A stretch of DNA of 64,000 bases from Phoronis australis. Its lineage: Eukaryota; Animalia; Phoronida. The translations under genes were made by a program, and so were the position numbers. Positions 1 through 15,185 of the stretch are shown piece after piece. The stretch covers positions 244,186 through 308,185 of the forward strand of contig NMRA01000088.1 of NCBI GenBank assembly GCA_002633005.1, read 5' to 3'. Each line of letters begins with the position of its first letter. Positions within the stretch are counted from its first letter, which is position 1. Under the pieces are notes generated by a model. That model was not told the DNA's origin, searched no databases, and was given only the letters and a program-made list of their open reading frames with translations.

Positions 1-570
1 AGATACACTGGTAGGAAAGCCACATTTAGAAGTGTTAAAAAGTAGGTCACACCAGTTCAGTATACATTTTTGAAACATACATAGGTATCTCCAGTGCAGT
101 GGATAGGCTTAGGGAATGAACAGTGTTCACTACTGATAATGAACTCTTCTTTGCCTGGAGTTAGGAAATAGTATTGTGGAGAACACTGCAAACAATGCCA
201 CTCCAACCAAGGAACAATCCCGAGATCAATTTTAACACCAACTGGTACAAATTAAGTTATGATATGAACCAACTTTGAGGAAATTTACGGTCAAGAAACA
301 CAGTGTTGGAAACAGCGTTACAGGCCACAGACCGTCAATTTTCTGGAAACATCCACCTTGCATGTCATCATGTAGTGGAATTCTACCGAGGGACTATTCA
401 GGGAATAACAACAGCAACTCTTCCTTTCGCAAAATGGTAATTTTTGAATTTTCAGAAAGTCAAACATGTTACAAATTAACAGAATGCACCATTCTGCTGT
501 TTTATGACAGCCGCAGTGAACAAATCATGTTAATAACGATTGACGCAGAATTTCAAAAAATATTTTCGGT

Positions 571-778
571 CCCGTAAACTATCACCAATTTAGTACACAA
601 TATGGAGGACAGTTGACATTTAATTTCCTCCCTTTTTCCACGAAGGATAGGTAGCACCGGATTAATGACTTAACTTGCTCAAGCTACGGACAATACCAGC
701 CACCAGACAAATATTTTCAAAAATTGTAGGCATTTATAACAAAGTTGGGCACCCAATTACTGGCAAGATTTTACTGTG
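571..778. mobile_element. Degenerate MITE, family with TIR ~TACGGTAAAATCTCGCCAATTT
   Basis: cgtaaactatcaccaattt ... tggcaagattttactgt inverted pair; related ends at ~39065, ~41275, ~42541 and 55736. Confidence 0.55.
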
Positions 779-1035
779 GTTCTGTTGAGGAATTTGACAA
801 AGGAAGAAATTTACATTTCCGCCTCATTGCCCGCTTAATAGGCAAAGATTTGGTTCACATTTCAAGAGCCTGAAGAGAAGTTGCTGTACTTTCCCTGGCC
901 AATAGTCTGTGACCTTACGTTAATAGAATAGCAACATTGTACGTAACACGTTGGAAGGCAAAGAAGAGCCATTTCACTCCACCTAATCCTACAGACCACT
1001 GGTGCAATACTGTAAGTTTGCTAGGGCGTACTCAC

Positions 1036-1146
1036 GAGGCATCCTCTCGGGATGTGGCCGTACTGGGCTCGTGGCCACCATGAAGGCATCGTTGTTGACG
1101 GGCGGGCTCGAGGCGAGGTAGAAATCGCGGATCTCCATCTTGGCCG
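1036..1146 (-). CDS. PRKAA: AMPK alpha exon 11 (alpha-linker/alpha-RIM); gene continues beyond left edge
   Basis: (T)AKMEIRDFYLASSPPVNNDAFMVATSPVRPHPERMP; conserved FYLASSPP and PHPERMP motifs; tgcag| ... |gtgagt; 111 nt. Confidence 0.94.
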
Positions 1147-1560
1147 CTGCAGGGCAATGGGAACGAGTGAAATAAGAGGTAGGGTGGTTTTTAACGATTT
1201 TCGTAAAAAAATTTGTTGTGATATTGCAAGGCTTGAAGAATCAGCTCAATTAGTCATCACACAAACCACACACAAAAAAGCATCGGCCAGACGCACAGTA
1301 GTCCTTAAACATGACTATTTTGTCAAATGCACTAAAAGTCGAAAAAGCTGTAGTGCTAATTATGAAGAAAAGCGGTGGTGAAATTTCAGCAAAATAATTG
1401 CTCATTATTATGGCTGTGAAATTTCGACGACTTACAGAAATAAAAATGTTAACTGTCAATTTATTAAGAAACCTATTGGTAAGCACAAAACATCAAGCAG
1501 ACGTATCGAACACCAAGCAGACGTGCAGAATGTCAGGCAGAGGGACTAAGCTGTACTCAC

Positions 1561-1675
1561 TTTCGTCTGCTATCCGTTTGTTGTCGACGATCAGGTTATA
1601 GGCGATGACCAGCTGGTCGGTGGGATCGCCGCACAGCAGCGCCCTCTGTACCTCCTCGTCCTCGCATTGGAATTT
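1561..1675 (-). CDS. PRKAA: AMPK alpha exon 10 (autoinhibitory domain)
   Basis: KFQCEDEEVQRALLCGDPTDQLVIAYNLIVDNKRIADE; ttccag| ... |gtgagt; 115 nt. Confidence 0.95.
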
Positions 1676-2061
1676 CTGGAAGAGATGCCACAGATCAGAA
1701 GTAACAGGCAAGTAAGAGGACAGAGATGAATAGGTAAATGGCATGGGACACATGTGTACGTTTGACTAAGACACTTCTCTCACACTCCGTTTTTCATTTA
1801 TCTACCCAGGGGAGATAATAACGTAAACGTAATGGGCCTACGTATAGACGAAAATGAAAACAGCTGATAGTAGTACAGTAAAATGGAATGTTAAGTACAA
1901 TTGCACTTTCAGCATACGCCTTTTATTTGGATAATTAATATAATCCAAAATGTCAACACCATTCAATAGTACATGGGGCAGTAAAACTTTGAACAATTTT
2001 CATGCACAAACCTGCGGTATATTCTGTATATAACTAACACATATAAGGACACAAGTCCCAT

Positions 2062-2498
2062 GGGCCTGGTTGCATGAAACAGTCCCAAGTAGGGACTCAA
2101 CTAAGGTCCCTAAATCTACTGCGTATTTGCGGGCTTGTGAAAACATCGATTGTCCTATCTTATGCTGTTTGAATATCATTACTACGCCAATTTTTAGCTT
2201 TGATACAAATCGAGAGTGAAATTCCAGATTGAATTCTCAATATTATTGAAAATAAGTAGGGATCTTTTCATGCAACACTTCCAATTTAAGGAGTAAGTCC
2301 CTAACTGTTTTGATTGAATTGAGGGCTCAGTTTTTAATTATAATATTAGAAAATGTCATTATTCAAAGAAGAGCTCATCATAAAGATTAAATTATAAAAA
2401 AAATATTACACCGGTGCCTAAAGAACGAAACAAATACGAAAAAGATTTAGGGACCTTAGTTGAGTCCCTATTTGGGACTGTTTCATGCAACCGGGCAC
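2062..2498. mobile_element. MITE with ~55-bp TIRs (GGGCC.GGTTGCATGAAAC, PIF/Harbinger-like)
   Basis: ggttgcatgaaacagtcccaagtagggactcaactaaggtccctaaatct is mirrored nearly perfectly at 2443-2492; TSD not clear. Confidence 0.85.
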
Positions 2499-2850
2499 TG
2501 GAGTACACAGGTGCAAAAAGTCAAACAGAGAACACACGACAGACTGAGTTACATTAAAGATTCTTTGACTGTACAAAAATGAATGCTAACTCCGCCATTT
2601 AGTCATTGTTCAAAGACCCACTACAGTGTAACAAATGCTCAATATTTTACATTACAAAATGTCGTTTTGACAATAGCTATATAATACAAGCTATGCAGGC
2701 AAGGATGTAAAATTTTCTTTAGTCACTATTGTTTGAAAAAAACAACAAAAACAAAACAAAAGATCATTTTTCCAGCATATTATGTCAATTGAAAAAATTT
2801 GATCTATGTCGTCTGCTTCACCAAGAGGCATAATTCAACCATTCACCCAC

Positions 2851-2956
2851 CTCGCAGACCTCCAAGATGGCGTCAACGTCGACAGCGGAGAGATCTTGTT
2901 CATCCTGCAGGGGAAATAAGTACTGTGGTAGGTCCAGCTTGAACCAGTCGTGTTCT
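2851..2956 (-). CDS. PRKAA: AMPK alpha exon 9 (end of kinase domain, start of autoinhibitory domain)
   Basis: EHDWFKLDLPQYLFPLQDEQDLSAVDVDAILEVCE; cacag| ... |gtgggt; 106 nt. Confidence 0.95.
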
Positions 2957-3485
2957 CTGTGGATGGCAAGAGACAGTGAGGTTAACCGCTACAATTTGCT
3001 ATTCTATTTTTACTATAAAGCATTAAGTTTTTACTTAATTAGGAACAGACTATCACTGGACATCTTTTCAAGAGGAATGGCCAGACTAATTGGCCTAATA
3101 ACAAATATTACTAACCACTTTCCCATCCAGTTCTCTAAAACAAAATAGTGCTCCGTAACCCTTGACAACCTTCAAAACAGCATTGGTTGTCAGAGAATTT
3201 CACCCTGGCAACATGGTCATCATGGATAGCTCATTTATATGGATTACAAATTGGGTCATACATGAAACACTGATAAACTAAACAACGACGTTTCATGTCA
3301 ACTTCCTCAACCCTTGTACACACATGACAGTCGATGATTAGCAGTTTTACACACCTTTGAAAAGAGGTGCCAAGAGCTTCTGGAACCTAAACAGTTGCGG
3401 TGAGACTCATTTGAAAACGACGGCGTGTACCAGATGCATGCGTGATACAACCTGGATGACACAGTGAATAAGAAGCAGGGGTTAC

Positions 3486-3591
3486 CTGATTTGTTTGACG
3501 CTCGTTCTCTTCATGGGGTCGATGTGCAACATCTGAATGAGAAGGTCTACCACCTGCTTGTTCAGGTAATCGGGAATGGCGAAGATACCCG
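3486..3591 (-). CDS. PRKAA: AMPK alpha exon 8
   Basis: (S)GIFAIPDYLNKQVVDLLIQMLHIDPMKRTSVKQI(R); tttcag| ... |gtaacc; 106 nt. Confidence 0.95.
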
Positions 3592-3793
3592 CTGAAACAA
3601 CGAGGGTGACAGTTAAGCCTTGTCCACAGCTCCAGGTGGAATTACCACAACTCATCAGTTAGGGAGGCAGCCTGGTGAGAATGCGTAAGTCTCTATTACA
3701 TGACCCCACTCGTCTAATACATGTGCAGCAAATGATCGCACCAGATTTCACTGCTGAGTGACTATAGCCACGGTGGACACCAGCTCCGTTTAA

Positions 3794-4168
3794 AGCCACA
3801 TACCATGAAATGCCACCATAAAAGACGCATTTTCCCCTTGTAAAGCGGTTAAAAATGAAAATCGAATTTCAAGCCATTTACTCTCATAAAATCGGTCGCA
3901 TAACATCCCTTGCCGTGATAGGATTTTATTTCTGTTACCAATAAGAACATCAAAATCACCAGTGCCTCTAGAAAACGCTTCAGAGTATATTGTGGTAGGT
4001 CAACTCTAGAAATTGCGTATTCGAAAATGGTACGCATTGTCTAAGACTTGCGTTTCTGGCTCCTTTGGCAGCAATTCAAGATCAGATCAGCGTGTTAAGG
4101 TTCTTAAACCTCAAAACGCTTCGGTTAAGAATTCAAAATTGGCAGCTCAAGAGTGGCGGTATGCAGCT
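3794..4168. mobile_element. TTAA-flanked non-autonomous DNA transposon (Kolobok-like)
   Basis: ttaa|agccacatacc ... ggtatgcagct|ttaa; short TIR, AG terminus, TTAA TSD. Confidence 0.6.
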
Positions 4169-4751
4169 TTAACTGAAGTCAACTGTTTGCAGCACCACAG
4201 TTGCCACAAAAACAAACCAATGAATCTAATTGGTCTACACCTTCATTAAGTAGATGAGAGAAAGCTTACTCAATGTATTACAGCACACACTGGCCTTGAT
4301 AACAAACCAAGAGTTTTGCTGCATTTGGCCTCAAGGGCATACTCTCCTCAACTTTGTCTTTTTATGGTCATTACACCTTGCAATTGAATCAGAAGCACAT
4401 TTTGCATAGTCGCTGAGAATACAGCAACCACTGTGCGCAAATATTCCAAGAGAAAGGAGTAAGTCAATCCCAGAATTCAGTACAAAAACATATATCTGAT
4501 GACACTCGTCGATATGTTTACCATGTCCGGCAGTCGACAGTTTTAGCTCACAATATTGGTCGTCTGGGAGTGATGTCACAAGACAAGTCAACAGAACATG
4601 TTGCTTAATCAGCTGACATGGTGGTCTAAAAAGGCTCGTCTCTAATTTATACACTTTCTCAAATCATAATGTTTTGAGCGGATAACAACGAGTGTACACC
4701 TTTAAGAAATCCACCACATTAAACAACGAGAGTACCATGAAACCTACTTAC

Positions 4752-4800
4752 ATTTTATTTTTCTAAATAATGTTGGCACATGTTCATCGTCAAAGGGAAG
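4752..4800 (-). CDS. PRKAA: AMPK alpha exon 7
   Basis: LPFDDEHVPTLFRKIK; ttccag| ... |gtaagt; 49 nt. Confidence 0.96.
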
Positions 4801-5590
4801 CTGGAACGAATTAGCACAAAACTCGATTAGATGTAAAATAGGTAGCGTTTTTTTCTGCAGCTCACTTAACAAAATGAAGGTAAAACGAGAGGCTTGTAAA
4901 AACACGGCATTAACGTGTTTGCAATGTGGAACTAAAAAAAATCAAAAATCACTCACGTGAAACTAATCTGGATTAATGACCTATGGCAGGATGAAACGAA
5001 CAGCACTGCTCCAGTGTCTTTACATTTATTTCCCAAAAATAATTTCAGCTGGAAATATGTGCTGGGCAAAATGAAGCGAGATGCTTTGTAGCAACCAGCA
5101 ACCAAATTTTTAGACGATACAATAGCTTTTGCCATGAAAGTCATGCCTAGACAGCAGGCGAGTGGATAAAGAAACACCAAGTGCAGATAAAAAGAAAAAT
5201 CAGGTCCGATGTCATGGGTGTACCAAATAAGAAAACAGCAAAAGTAATTAATATAATACTGTACACCTAAACTAGCAGAAATAATTTTTGGCACCTTTCA
5301 AAGATTTTTGTAAACTTGGCAGATGACACATTTCCATGCAACAGATACAGCTATTCTTCCCTTAGTTAGCACACATCATGCCAGGTAAGTGAAATTCTAT
5401 TTTGCCCAATTTCTTCACAAAAATAAAGGTTACAAAATTTTCAGACTATCATTAGCATAGTTTGTACTGCATAGGCATTACAAACTACCATTTGTAGCAA
5501 AGTAACCAGCTTTTGAAAAACGGAAACGTCACTTTTTTGTGCGAAATAAGCGGAGAATCACCGTAAACCCATCCCTGGCTGCTCATGTCA

Positions 5591-5707
<117 letters not shown>

Positions 5708-6453
5708 TCAAGTCACGTAACTAAATTTTGTTCCTAGTTAGGGAACCAATATGAAGCCGCGTGATGAGAAAAACAGACTACTTGCATTGTGAAGTGGATT
5801 TCAAGCGCCTAGCTGAACTTTTTCTACATGTATGCACTCGGACTACAAGGATTCAACTGTCGACTTCACTCAGAGTAGATAGTAGTTTATCGGACTAGAA
5901 AGTGCTTTAGCCAGAAATCAAATTTATAGACTGTATAATCACTAGTTTGATTTTCTCTTTGGTGCAGATTTGTGTGAAAGTGAAGATTTACCACAGTCCA
6001 GCGTAACAGCATTACTTTGTGTAGAACAAAAGTTATCAAAGGCAGCATATTTATTTGATTTATTAACCAATGAGCTTTTTATGATTTTATTGCAGCACAA
6101 GTTTCCCACAGCACCGATTGATGGTAATGGGATCGAAGTGTATAAGTCGAAATGATTGGCGTATCTTTCAGCACAAGGGGAATGGTGAAAGCAGTAACCA
6201 TGCTAAATTGCGAGGCTTTTATAAAGATTCATAAACGGTCTATCCCATCGCATGGAATATAATTATACTGGGATGCCATTGCAGTCTGGGACTTCAGCAT
6301 CTAATCTCTGGACGCAGTGTTTACTAGGACCAAACACTGGACTAAAGAAGACAAGGCCTATGATGGTTGTGGATTCTGCAACTTGATAAAATCTCCATCA
6401 GAAGTGTCCATCAGATTATGAGACTCACCCAAAGCACTTGTAAGTTTACTAAT

Positions 6454-6974
6454 CAGGGCTTGGAATGACCAATGACAAAAAACACGGAAACTTTGAAACT
6501 GTTACGGCCCAAATCATGCCCGATAACCAGCCTTGAATTGGTCAATGTGAACCTTTCCCCGACAAAAAATCGGGAGGACTAAAAAAAAGAAAAAAAAAAA
6601 AAAACGTTACCACCATCAGTAGCATGCGATTGCGTCCTATTAGCTCGCCCGTCCACTCCCAACCCACACATTTTTGGCTGCAGAGCGGTAGTATTTGTCG
6701 CCGCGCTTAACAATAACACGAGACGCCATTGAAAATCCGACCACGCTGTCCCAGATGCCCTGGCAATGTTGACAATTTACGTTCCTCCGAAACATAAAGA
6801 GCAACTTCCGCTTTTCGAGGTGAACGTCGTCTGCAACGCCGTGGTAAGAAAAGAATTTGCCGCGGAAATTTTATATCAAATCCGATTTTTTTACGCGGAA
6901 ATATTTTGAAAAAAGCGGAAAGCACATTTGAAAAAAGCGGAAATCCGCGTTTCCGCGGAAAATTCCAAGCCCTG
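6454..6974. mobile_element. Non-autonomous hAT-like element with 6-bp TSD
   Basis: TIR CAGGGCTTGGAAT ... ATTCCAAGCCCTG; perfect ACTAAT duplication on both sides; subterminal GCGGAAA repeats. Confidence 0.9.
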
Positions 6975-7319
6975 ACTAATTGAATGTTTTCATCTCTACT
7001 CTGTCGAGCAATTGAAATGTGAAAGTGCATTTCTTCCACAGTGGGGCATTTTCTGACAGGACGTCCGCCCGCGTTGAAAACAGGAGAGAGCTTTAGCTCC
7101 CAGATTTGGATGGATAAAATAGGCTCAAGTGGTTATTGCCTGAAAACTCTACAAAGTCATATTTTTTTGTTGATGCCGGTCGCCGCACACTCCTCGAAGG
7201 TAACGTATTTTCCGAGTCGTGCTGGAACCTTGTCACAAGAATCTGCCAATTAAACTAGAGTTCCCAATAATTATAAATAACTAGCTGAACTGCGAGCAAC
7301 AGTTCCACTTGTATACTCA

Positions 7320-7421
<102 letters not shown>

Positions 7422-8180
7422 TCATCACAAATGGTTAATAACATTGGTTAGCACAGTCGGCTTGCTCTTTTTCCGTAAAATTCTCAATAAAATTTAACCA
7501 TTTCTTGCCAGCTGTGAAATAACACATGAGCCACAGTCACATTTCACATTTTGTAGCAAGCAGCTGGTGTATTGCTAATGAATTGACATTAGCTATACAT
7601 AGTACTACTGGATTTCCAAGTCAGACGACAAACAGAATTGGGCAAGTCGGCAGTGGATTTTAACCTCGGATCATTTTATGTTCACTCAGGTGCAAAATTG
7701 TCTTTCAAATAAAAGTACAAAGACGAGACAAGTATTCAACAATGCTTCTGTATGGCTCTAGCAGGCCGAGTATAGATCACACTATCAACGCTTCAAACCA
7801 AGTTTCGTCTATTGCGCAGCATGCTTTTGATCAGAAGCGAATAGTTAACAACATTGAACAGGAACACGTACAGTGTGGTCTGTAAGAAATTCGATATGGT
7901 TTGTACAGCATTTGCCGTTGGTCAAGTTTAGCATTGTAAAATTCGTCACGTTTCTAACAAAAATAACGAGGACACTCCCACACACAACCACTTCTGGTAC
8001 TTCTAACACAACCTTATACAGACTTGTCTAATGTCCTGGTCAGACCAGTGGTCAAGGTCACCATACCCAAGAACGGCTCGACAATCGGCCACTCACATCC
8101 AACTGAAAACGTGACGGTTTACTTAAAAAGAGCCACGGGCGCCATTGGCCTATCTTCAAGTTGAGAATCTTGTAAAATTA

Positions 8181-8890
<710 letters not shown>

Positions 8891-10441
8891 ATTTTTGTGT
8901 TTTGTACGTTCTTGTTTCTTTTCATTCCATAATTACAGCATATGTGTGCATTTAGACCCACACACTTATATCCGAAGTAGTGCATTAATGAAGGACATTT
9001 TCTACATATTTTAAATTTTAAGAGCTTTGCATATAGGAGCAGGCAAATAAGCTTCACTGATACAGGTGACCTATCCTTTTGCATATTTGTGTTTATTCAG
9101 AAAAGTGGGCTTTTAAACGAAAAGTCATAGCTTTGCTGACTTTGACATTTTTTACTTAAAAGTGTTTTTAAACTTTATGTTAATAAATGCATAGTTCACA
9201 AACACCTTTTTTGTTTTTATAAATGATAAATGCACCACAAAAACTGAATTGGTGACAAAAAGTTGACCCTGGGTGGACTTTTAAGAGGACATTTTCCGAA
9301 CAAAAGCCCCAATATTTGGACACTTGACACCAGAAGTTGTACCACCAAATAAAATGCCCATGGGTGTTTATTGGGCATAATTTGCTGAATAAACGCCCAT
9401 GGGCATTTCATCGGGTGGGCTTATCTACAGAAAATCCCAGTAGCAGCAAAATCACAGCACTCTAGGTATTGTCAGGATATTGATGTACACGTAGACTAAT
9501 CATCTCATATAAGAAAAAAGAAGTTCAAAATAACATCTCACCACAAGACTAGGCAACTACGAATACCTGTGGTCTAGAACCGATCAATATGCAGGAATAC
9601 TACATTGACTGAGCCACGATAGGACACGACTGTGACAAGTTTGTTTTTCAACACAGACAGCATTCTGAATACAAAAAATAACCAATTCGTAACGGAGTAA
9701 GAATTGACCACCCCACGTTACAGACGGCCACGTAATACTTTTAAACATACTTTAGCAAGATGCTAAAGTATTTGCAAAAGTTTTGAATAAGAAACACTTA
9801 AATGTATTACTAAATGGCATACAAGTAGAAGCATAAACTGAATACAGGAAACAGTGACTTATGTAAGCGATGTTGCGTCCACTTCGCCAGGGATATACCT
9901 AAGCCTCAAACACATTGTTGCCATCAGGTTGATTAAGTACGAAAATCAAGACATCAAGCCAAAGTTAGGTTGCCCAATTCTTTATAGCGAGATTTTGAGG
10001 ACTCAAAAGCCCAGTTTTGCATTAGCACAGCTGAGTTGCTACCAAACGTTCATCAAAATTTGTATGTATACTGGGCAGATGTTGCTAGCTTTTGAGTTGG
10101 TCTTGCTAAAAGTGAGAATTCCTATCTAATCATACCAAACAAAATAATGCGCTTTTTGCCAGCAGAGAAATTCCTAGCAACGCAGTCGATACCGGCATCT
10201 CACACCTACAGAACTTCTAAAACCTGTCAGGGTTTCTGGATTCATATTGTGCTAGAGGGCAGATGCCATGTAACGGTATATGCAGATTATCTTTGATCTA
10301 AATTGAGTGAAATGATTAGGAAAGTCACTCAAATGCTGATGCTGTAATGGTAACTATATGTGTGTTCAAACGAGCCAATGTAGTTCTTTTATTGAAGTAC
10401 ATATGGTATGGTAAATTAGATTTGTTTATTGGGCAGGCCTG

Positions 10442-10842
<401 letters not shown>

Positions 10843-11152
10843 TTATACATATCTAAAGGAATGGAACTTTGTAGGCTTTATACTACTCCAAAATTTGCTC
10901 CAATGCTTACAGTTAGAAGAAAGTGGCGAATGCCATATTTGCTTTGCAAGAACGAACTAAAAAACGCTCAAGAGTTAGACATAGTTCATAGTTTTAGTTT
11001 GAAAATACACCGACTCTCAGTGTTTAGGAAACCATAAACACTTCTGGAAAGAAAAGCATGCAGACAGACCTATATTCAGAGAATATTCTATATACAACCT
11101 CGCGAGATAACAGGCATCAGGGTGGGCCTCTTTTCATTCAGAAATTGCCAGT

Positions 11153-11381
11153 CAGGGCTCGACATAACGAGCTGCAGGTCGCATTTGCGACCTGAAATTT
11201 GAAAATGCGAGCTGAGATTTTTGTCAGCTCGTATAAAGTCGCAAAATGCGACCTGGAATTTCCAACGAATGCGAGCTGAGTTTTTACACTTCTCAACAGA
11301 TACCCGTCAAATACGAATCACCTCTTGTTAATCCGACCGTTGTTTGGTTGTTGCCAAATACAAGTTCAAAAGAACACTAAC
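11153..11381. mobile_element. Left end of a CAGGG-ended hAT-like element, truncated at N 11382
   Basis: Starts CAGGGCTCGACATAAC (cf. CAGGGCTCAACATTAAC at 35217); subterminal TGCGACC/TGCGAGC repeats; absent from the duplicate flank at 11383-11784. Confidence 0.75.
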
Positions 11382-11382
11382 N

Positions 11383-11784
11383 CTGTAATAGAAACAACGG
11401 TTTGAATCACCTAGCAACCACAAAAAAATGAAAATTTCTGATAGTGAACCACAAGGCATATACATACACATACATTATACATATCTAAAGGAATGGAACT
11501 TTGTAGGCTTTATACTACTCCAAAATTTGCTCCAATGCTTACAGTTAGAAGAAAGTGGCGAATGCCATATTTGCTTTGCAAGAACGAACTAAAAAACGCT
11601 CAAGAGTTAGACATAGTTCATAGTTTTAGTTTGAAAATACACCGACTCTCAGTGTTTAGGAAACCATAAACACTTCTGGAAAGAAAAGCATGCAGACAGA
11701 CCTATATTCAGAGAATATTCTATATACAACCTCGCGAGATAACAGGCATCAGGGTGGGCCTCTTTTCATTCAGAAATTGCCAGT
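11383..11784. repeat. 402-bp apparently identical duplicate of 10751-11152, probably an assembly/haplotype artefact
   Basis: Identical by eye at offset 632; begins right after a single N. Confidence 0.9.
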
Positions 11785-14700
11785 ACAATGTGCTGCATTG
11801 CGATAGTTTCAAATCAGAGTCACTAAGCAAATGCATCAATTTATAAAACAGTTTAAACGTTCACTCTGCAAGTTCCATTACCGTATTCAAATTTTGACTT
11901 TTGAAATCCACAAATCAACGAATGCCAATTACTAAGCAGACTATGGACATTACAATTAACTTCTCACAAGATGGAGCTCCAACGCCTTCCTGGATAGTCT
12001 GAACAGCAACATGCATTTTTTCCATTTTCTCAATAAATCATCAAGACCCAAAAACAAATAACAAAAAGAAAATGTTATCCACAATGAGCACACCAGTTTT
12101 GAAATAACAGAGAAATGACCTCGTGGAACATCAAAACCAAAGCAACGAATACAAAAGATTCTCGAGAGCATGCTAGTACTTAATTAATCCGCGAAAGAAA
12201 ACCTCTGGAAGCAAACAATGTTCTGGTATGCTCCGACTCAACAGGACACCGACCACACGTGACCTGAGGCCTGAAGACTGAGAACGAGTGAACAGGCAGA
12301 CTGGCGTGTTTGCATTCTGGGCCTACAGCTGGGAACCTGATAACCAACAAGTACACTGCAACATTCATAGTATGACGTCTACCACACTCACGTTTGACAT
12401 TGACCTCATTCTTGGCACGGTAATTCCCCACTCTTTTGTGCAAAAACAATTTTCAAAACGGCCACTTTTTCCAGTTTTCAGTGGCTGATAACATTTTTGC
12501 AAATAATCAAAGTTTTCGAATCAGTTGTTTTATGGCATCTGGACATTGAAAACCATGTATGTAATAGAATTAAAGGTTCTAAATCATTATTTTTGTGGAG
12601 CTGTTACACAAAAATAGAATTTCTCAGTTGTTGGCAATATTGTGTACCAAATAAGTGAACAATTACCGTAGAAAATTTGAGACACTGAAATTCTAGACAA
12701 AAGTGAATTTTCTTGATTCTGGAGACTGGGACATGAGTGATCTTGTTATTCGTCATATTTCTCAAACATCGGACACTGTGTTTTGTATCAACCATCTCAA
12801 ACTAGCTGCAGGTTTAATTACTGCAAGTGGCTGCCACGCAACGTCACTATAGTGGGTAACATCCAATGAACGACCGGTTATTGCTGATGCCAATTCTTGA
12901 ATTTGGGACACACAGTATAGCCTATTTCTAAAATTTGATATAACTCCGACCTTGAACAAAATAGTTAATTCTCCACTGCCCCAAACTGGAGAATTGTTAC
13001 CATCATTCTTTTTCACAAAATAAGAGATTGCACACTTTCACTTTCATCTCGGCTCTTTTACTTAATCATTAAGCGTAACTTTCTAGACAATTCCTTCAAC
13101 AATGAACATAGTACTGCAACTGGATCATTACAGACGAAACACATGAAGCTTTGTTGGAAACTGTAGCACGCTCGAACTGCTACTGGTTGTAAAAAATGGA
13201 TGAATATACAATTCATGTGAAAACACAACTCGATTCAGTTAGCAACTGGTCAGGGAAGAAAACCTAACAATCAGCAGCCCTGCAGTTGGACATTTTTAAC
13301 AAAACAACAGTCTAGTATAGCTAAGCAGCCCAAGATGATCGCACCTCATGCTATATGACTTTTCCTTTAAGTGCCTAGAAGCAAAATCAATACCAACACA
13401 GTCGAGGTAATTGTTCTCACACCGTTACCTGCCCACCCACACACAAAGACCCAATAAAATCAAGGTAACACTCTCCAACAAACGTTTTCCAATTTAGCAG
13501 CGACATCATGAAATAACCCCTATTGCTAAATGGCAAAAGAGTACGGTATTTGGTCGACAACGATCAGCGACACCTACAATTCCCTTTTATTTTGGATCGA
13601 CGATTCAATACTGTGGGACTTCATAGCAACTGTCATGCCATCAAATTAACAGTCCTTTGGTGTAATATTCAAACAATTCACGCAAAAATGTTGAACATGG
13701 TAAAATACCCATGAGTGAAAGCAATTTTGTTTCGTTTTGTCAACTCATACAACAAGGAAATCTTGATTGGCCATTTTTGTGTTTTTCAATTTTCGATGTC
13801 TTAGGCACTCAAAAATACCTTGTTTTCTTCAGCGCTTGGGTAGAATTTCAAAATACTGCACACTTATTTTCAAAATCTATGGCCGAGGGAAAACGTGCCC
13901 TAAAGTTTTTATTTACTATCGATTACCAGCTATTCGTAAATACTTGGAATTGTTTTAAAAAATACTATCTTGATTGTTGGTATTTCCGTTGTTTAAGGGT
14001 AAATCAACTTTTTTTACAAATCATTGACATAAAACTGACCAAGAGAGTCCCAATTATTGGTCTGTGACACACATACGGACAGGGACTTGCTGCACGTGTT
14101 GTGCACTGGGCCCTGTACTTAGTTGATGATCCGGCAAATGTAAAAAATTCACGACATCTGCAACCAAACCCAGGACAGAAAATCACGCCCACCCAGCCAG
14201 TAGTTAGCAGTTTTATAGATATTTCACAATCCAAGTAGACTCTGGTCCGACACAAAACCAAAGTAAACAATGACCATTAGATTGCATTCATACTATGCCT
14301 CGTGCGCTCACGCCAACTTTTTGAGCTTCTGGTCACGCATCTTTGGAATGTGAAAAGACTATTGCTTTCACAGCAAGTGTAATGTTGTCAATTTTCTATT
14401 ATTTCCGTTATCAGGACAACATGGTCAAAGTTTAGTAGACAGCAACAGGTGATAAACTTATGTGATAAGGTCTTGGAAATAGACCATAGTGCGCCAGCTC
14501 ACAGCCACACTGGCTGCGCCTAACACACTGGAGCCTTTATAACGAACCGGAACATGCAAGCAGGACCCAGCATAATAGATTTCCCTTGAAAATGTTTCAC
14601 TAACAGCCATGGTCATACAGTAACTTGGAAAATACTGGATAGATGACTGTAACCAACTACGTAAAAACAGCCATTTCAAAACTTTCACTGCCATGCACAC

Positions 14701-15109
14701 CTTTCACCGAGTTACGCCGTCATTGCCAAACAGACAAATCAGCAAGTAGGACACTTTCCCATTCTTGATCACGTTAATCCTCAACTTCATGAAAAATAAC
14801 TACAGTTTAACAATTGTGCCAGACAACAGGAAGACAGTTTTACCAGTTCCCCAACGAACGTAAAGTTCTTCCTTTTTAGCACTTTTGAAGCAACTGCGGT
14901 CGATCGCTCAGTACCTGTCAAATTGGAATTCATGCAATGGGTTCTAAACTGTCCACGTCAAAGTTAAACCGAATCAAATTCCAAACAATTCTCATTCAGG
15001 ATCCAAGTTCAAAAAGTCCGATGTGAGTTAATGTATCGGGACCGTCGGGGTACGGAATTTCAACCAAAACCCACCATTAATCATTGATAATTTCTGACAA
15101 GAGCCACTT

Positions 15110-15185
15110 GCAGGAGCCCCATATTTTGAGAACCCGTTTGATGCCCGTTATTCAGTGGAGAAAACTGGTTCTCAAAATGCAGGTA
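15110..15185. repeat. Dispersed repeat with internal inverted ATTTTGAGAACC...GGTTCTCAAAAT; relative at ~29600-29680
   Basis: Both copies share attttgagaacc...tttgatgcccgttatt..gtgg...ctcaaaat. Confidence 0.6.

Noticed and set aside
9550-9620. tRNA/SINE-like A box (TGGCTCAGT) on the minus strand
   Set aside because: No clear B box or cloverleaf; at most a decayed SINE head
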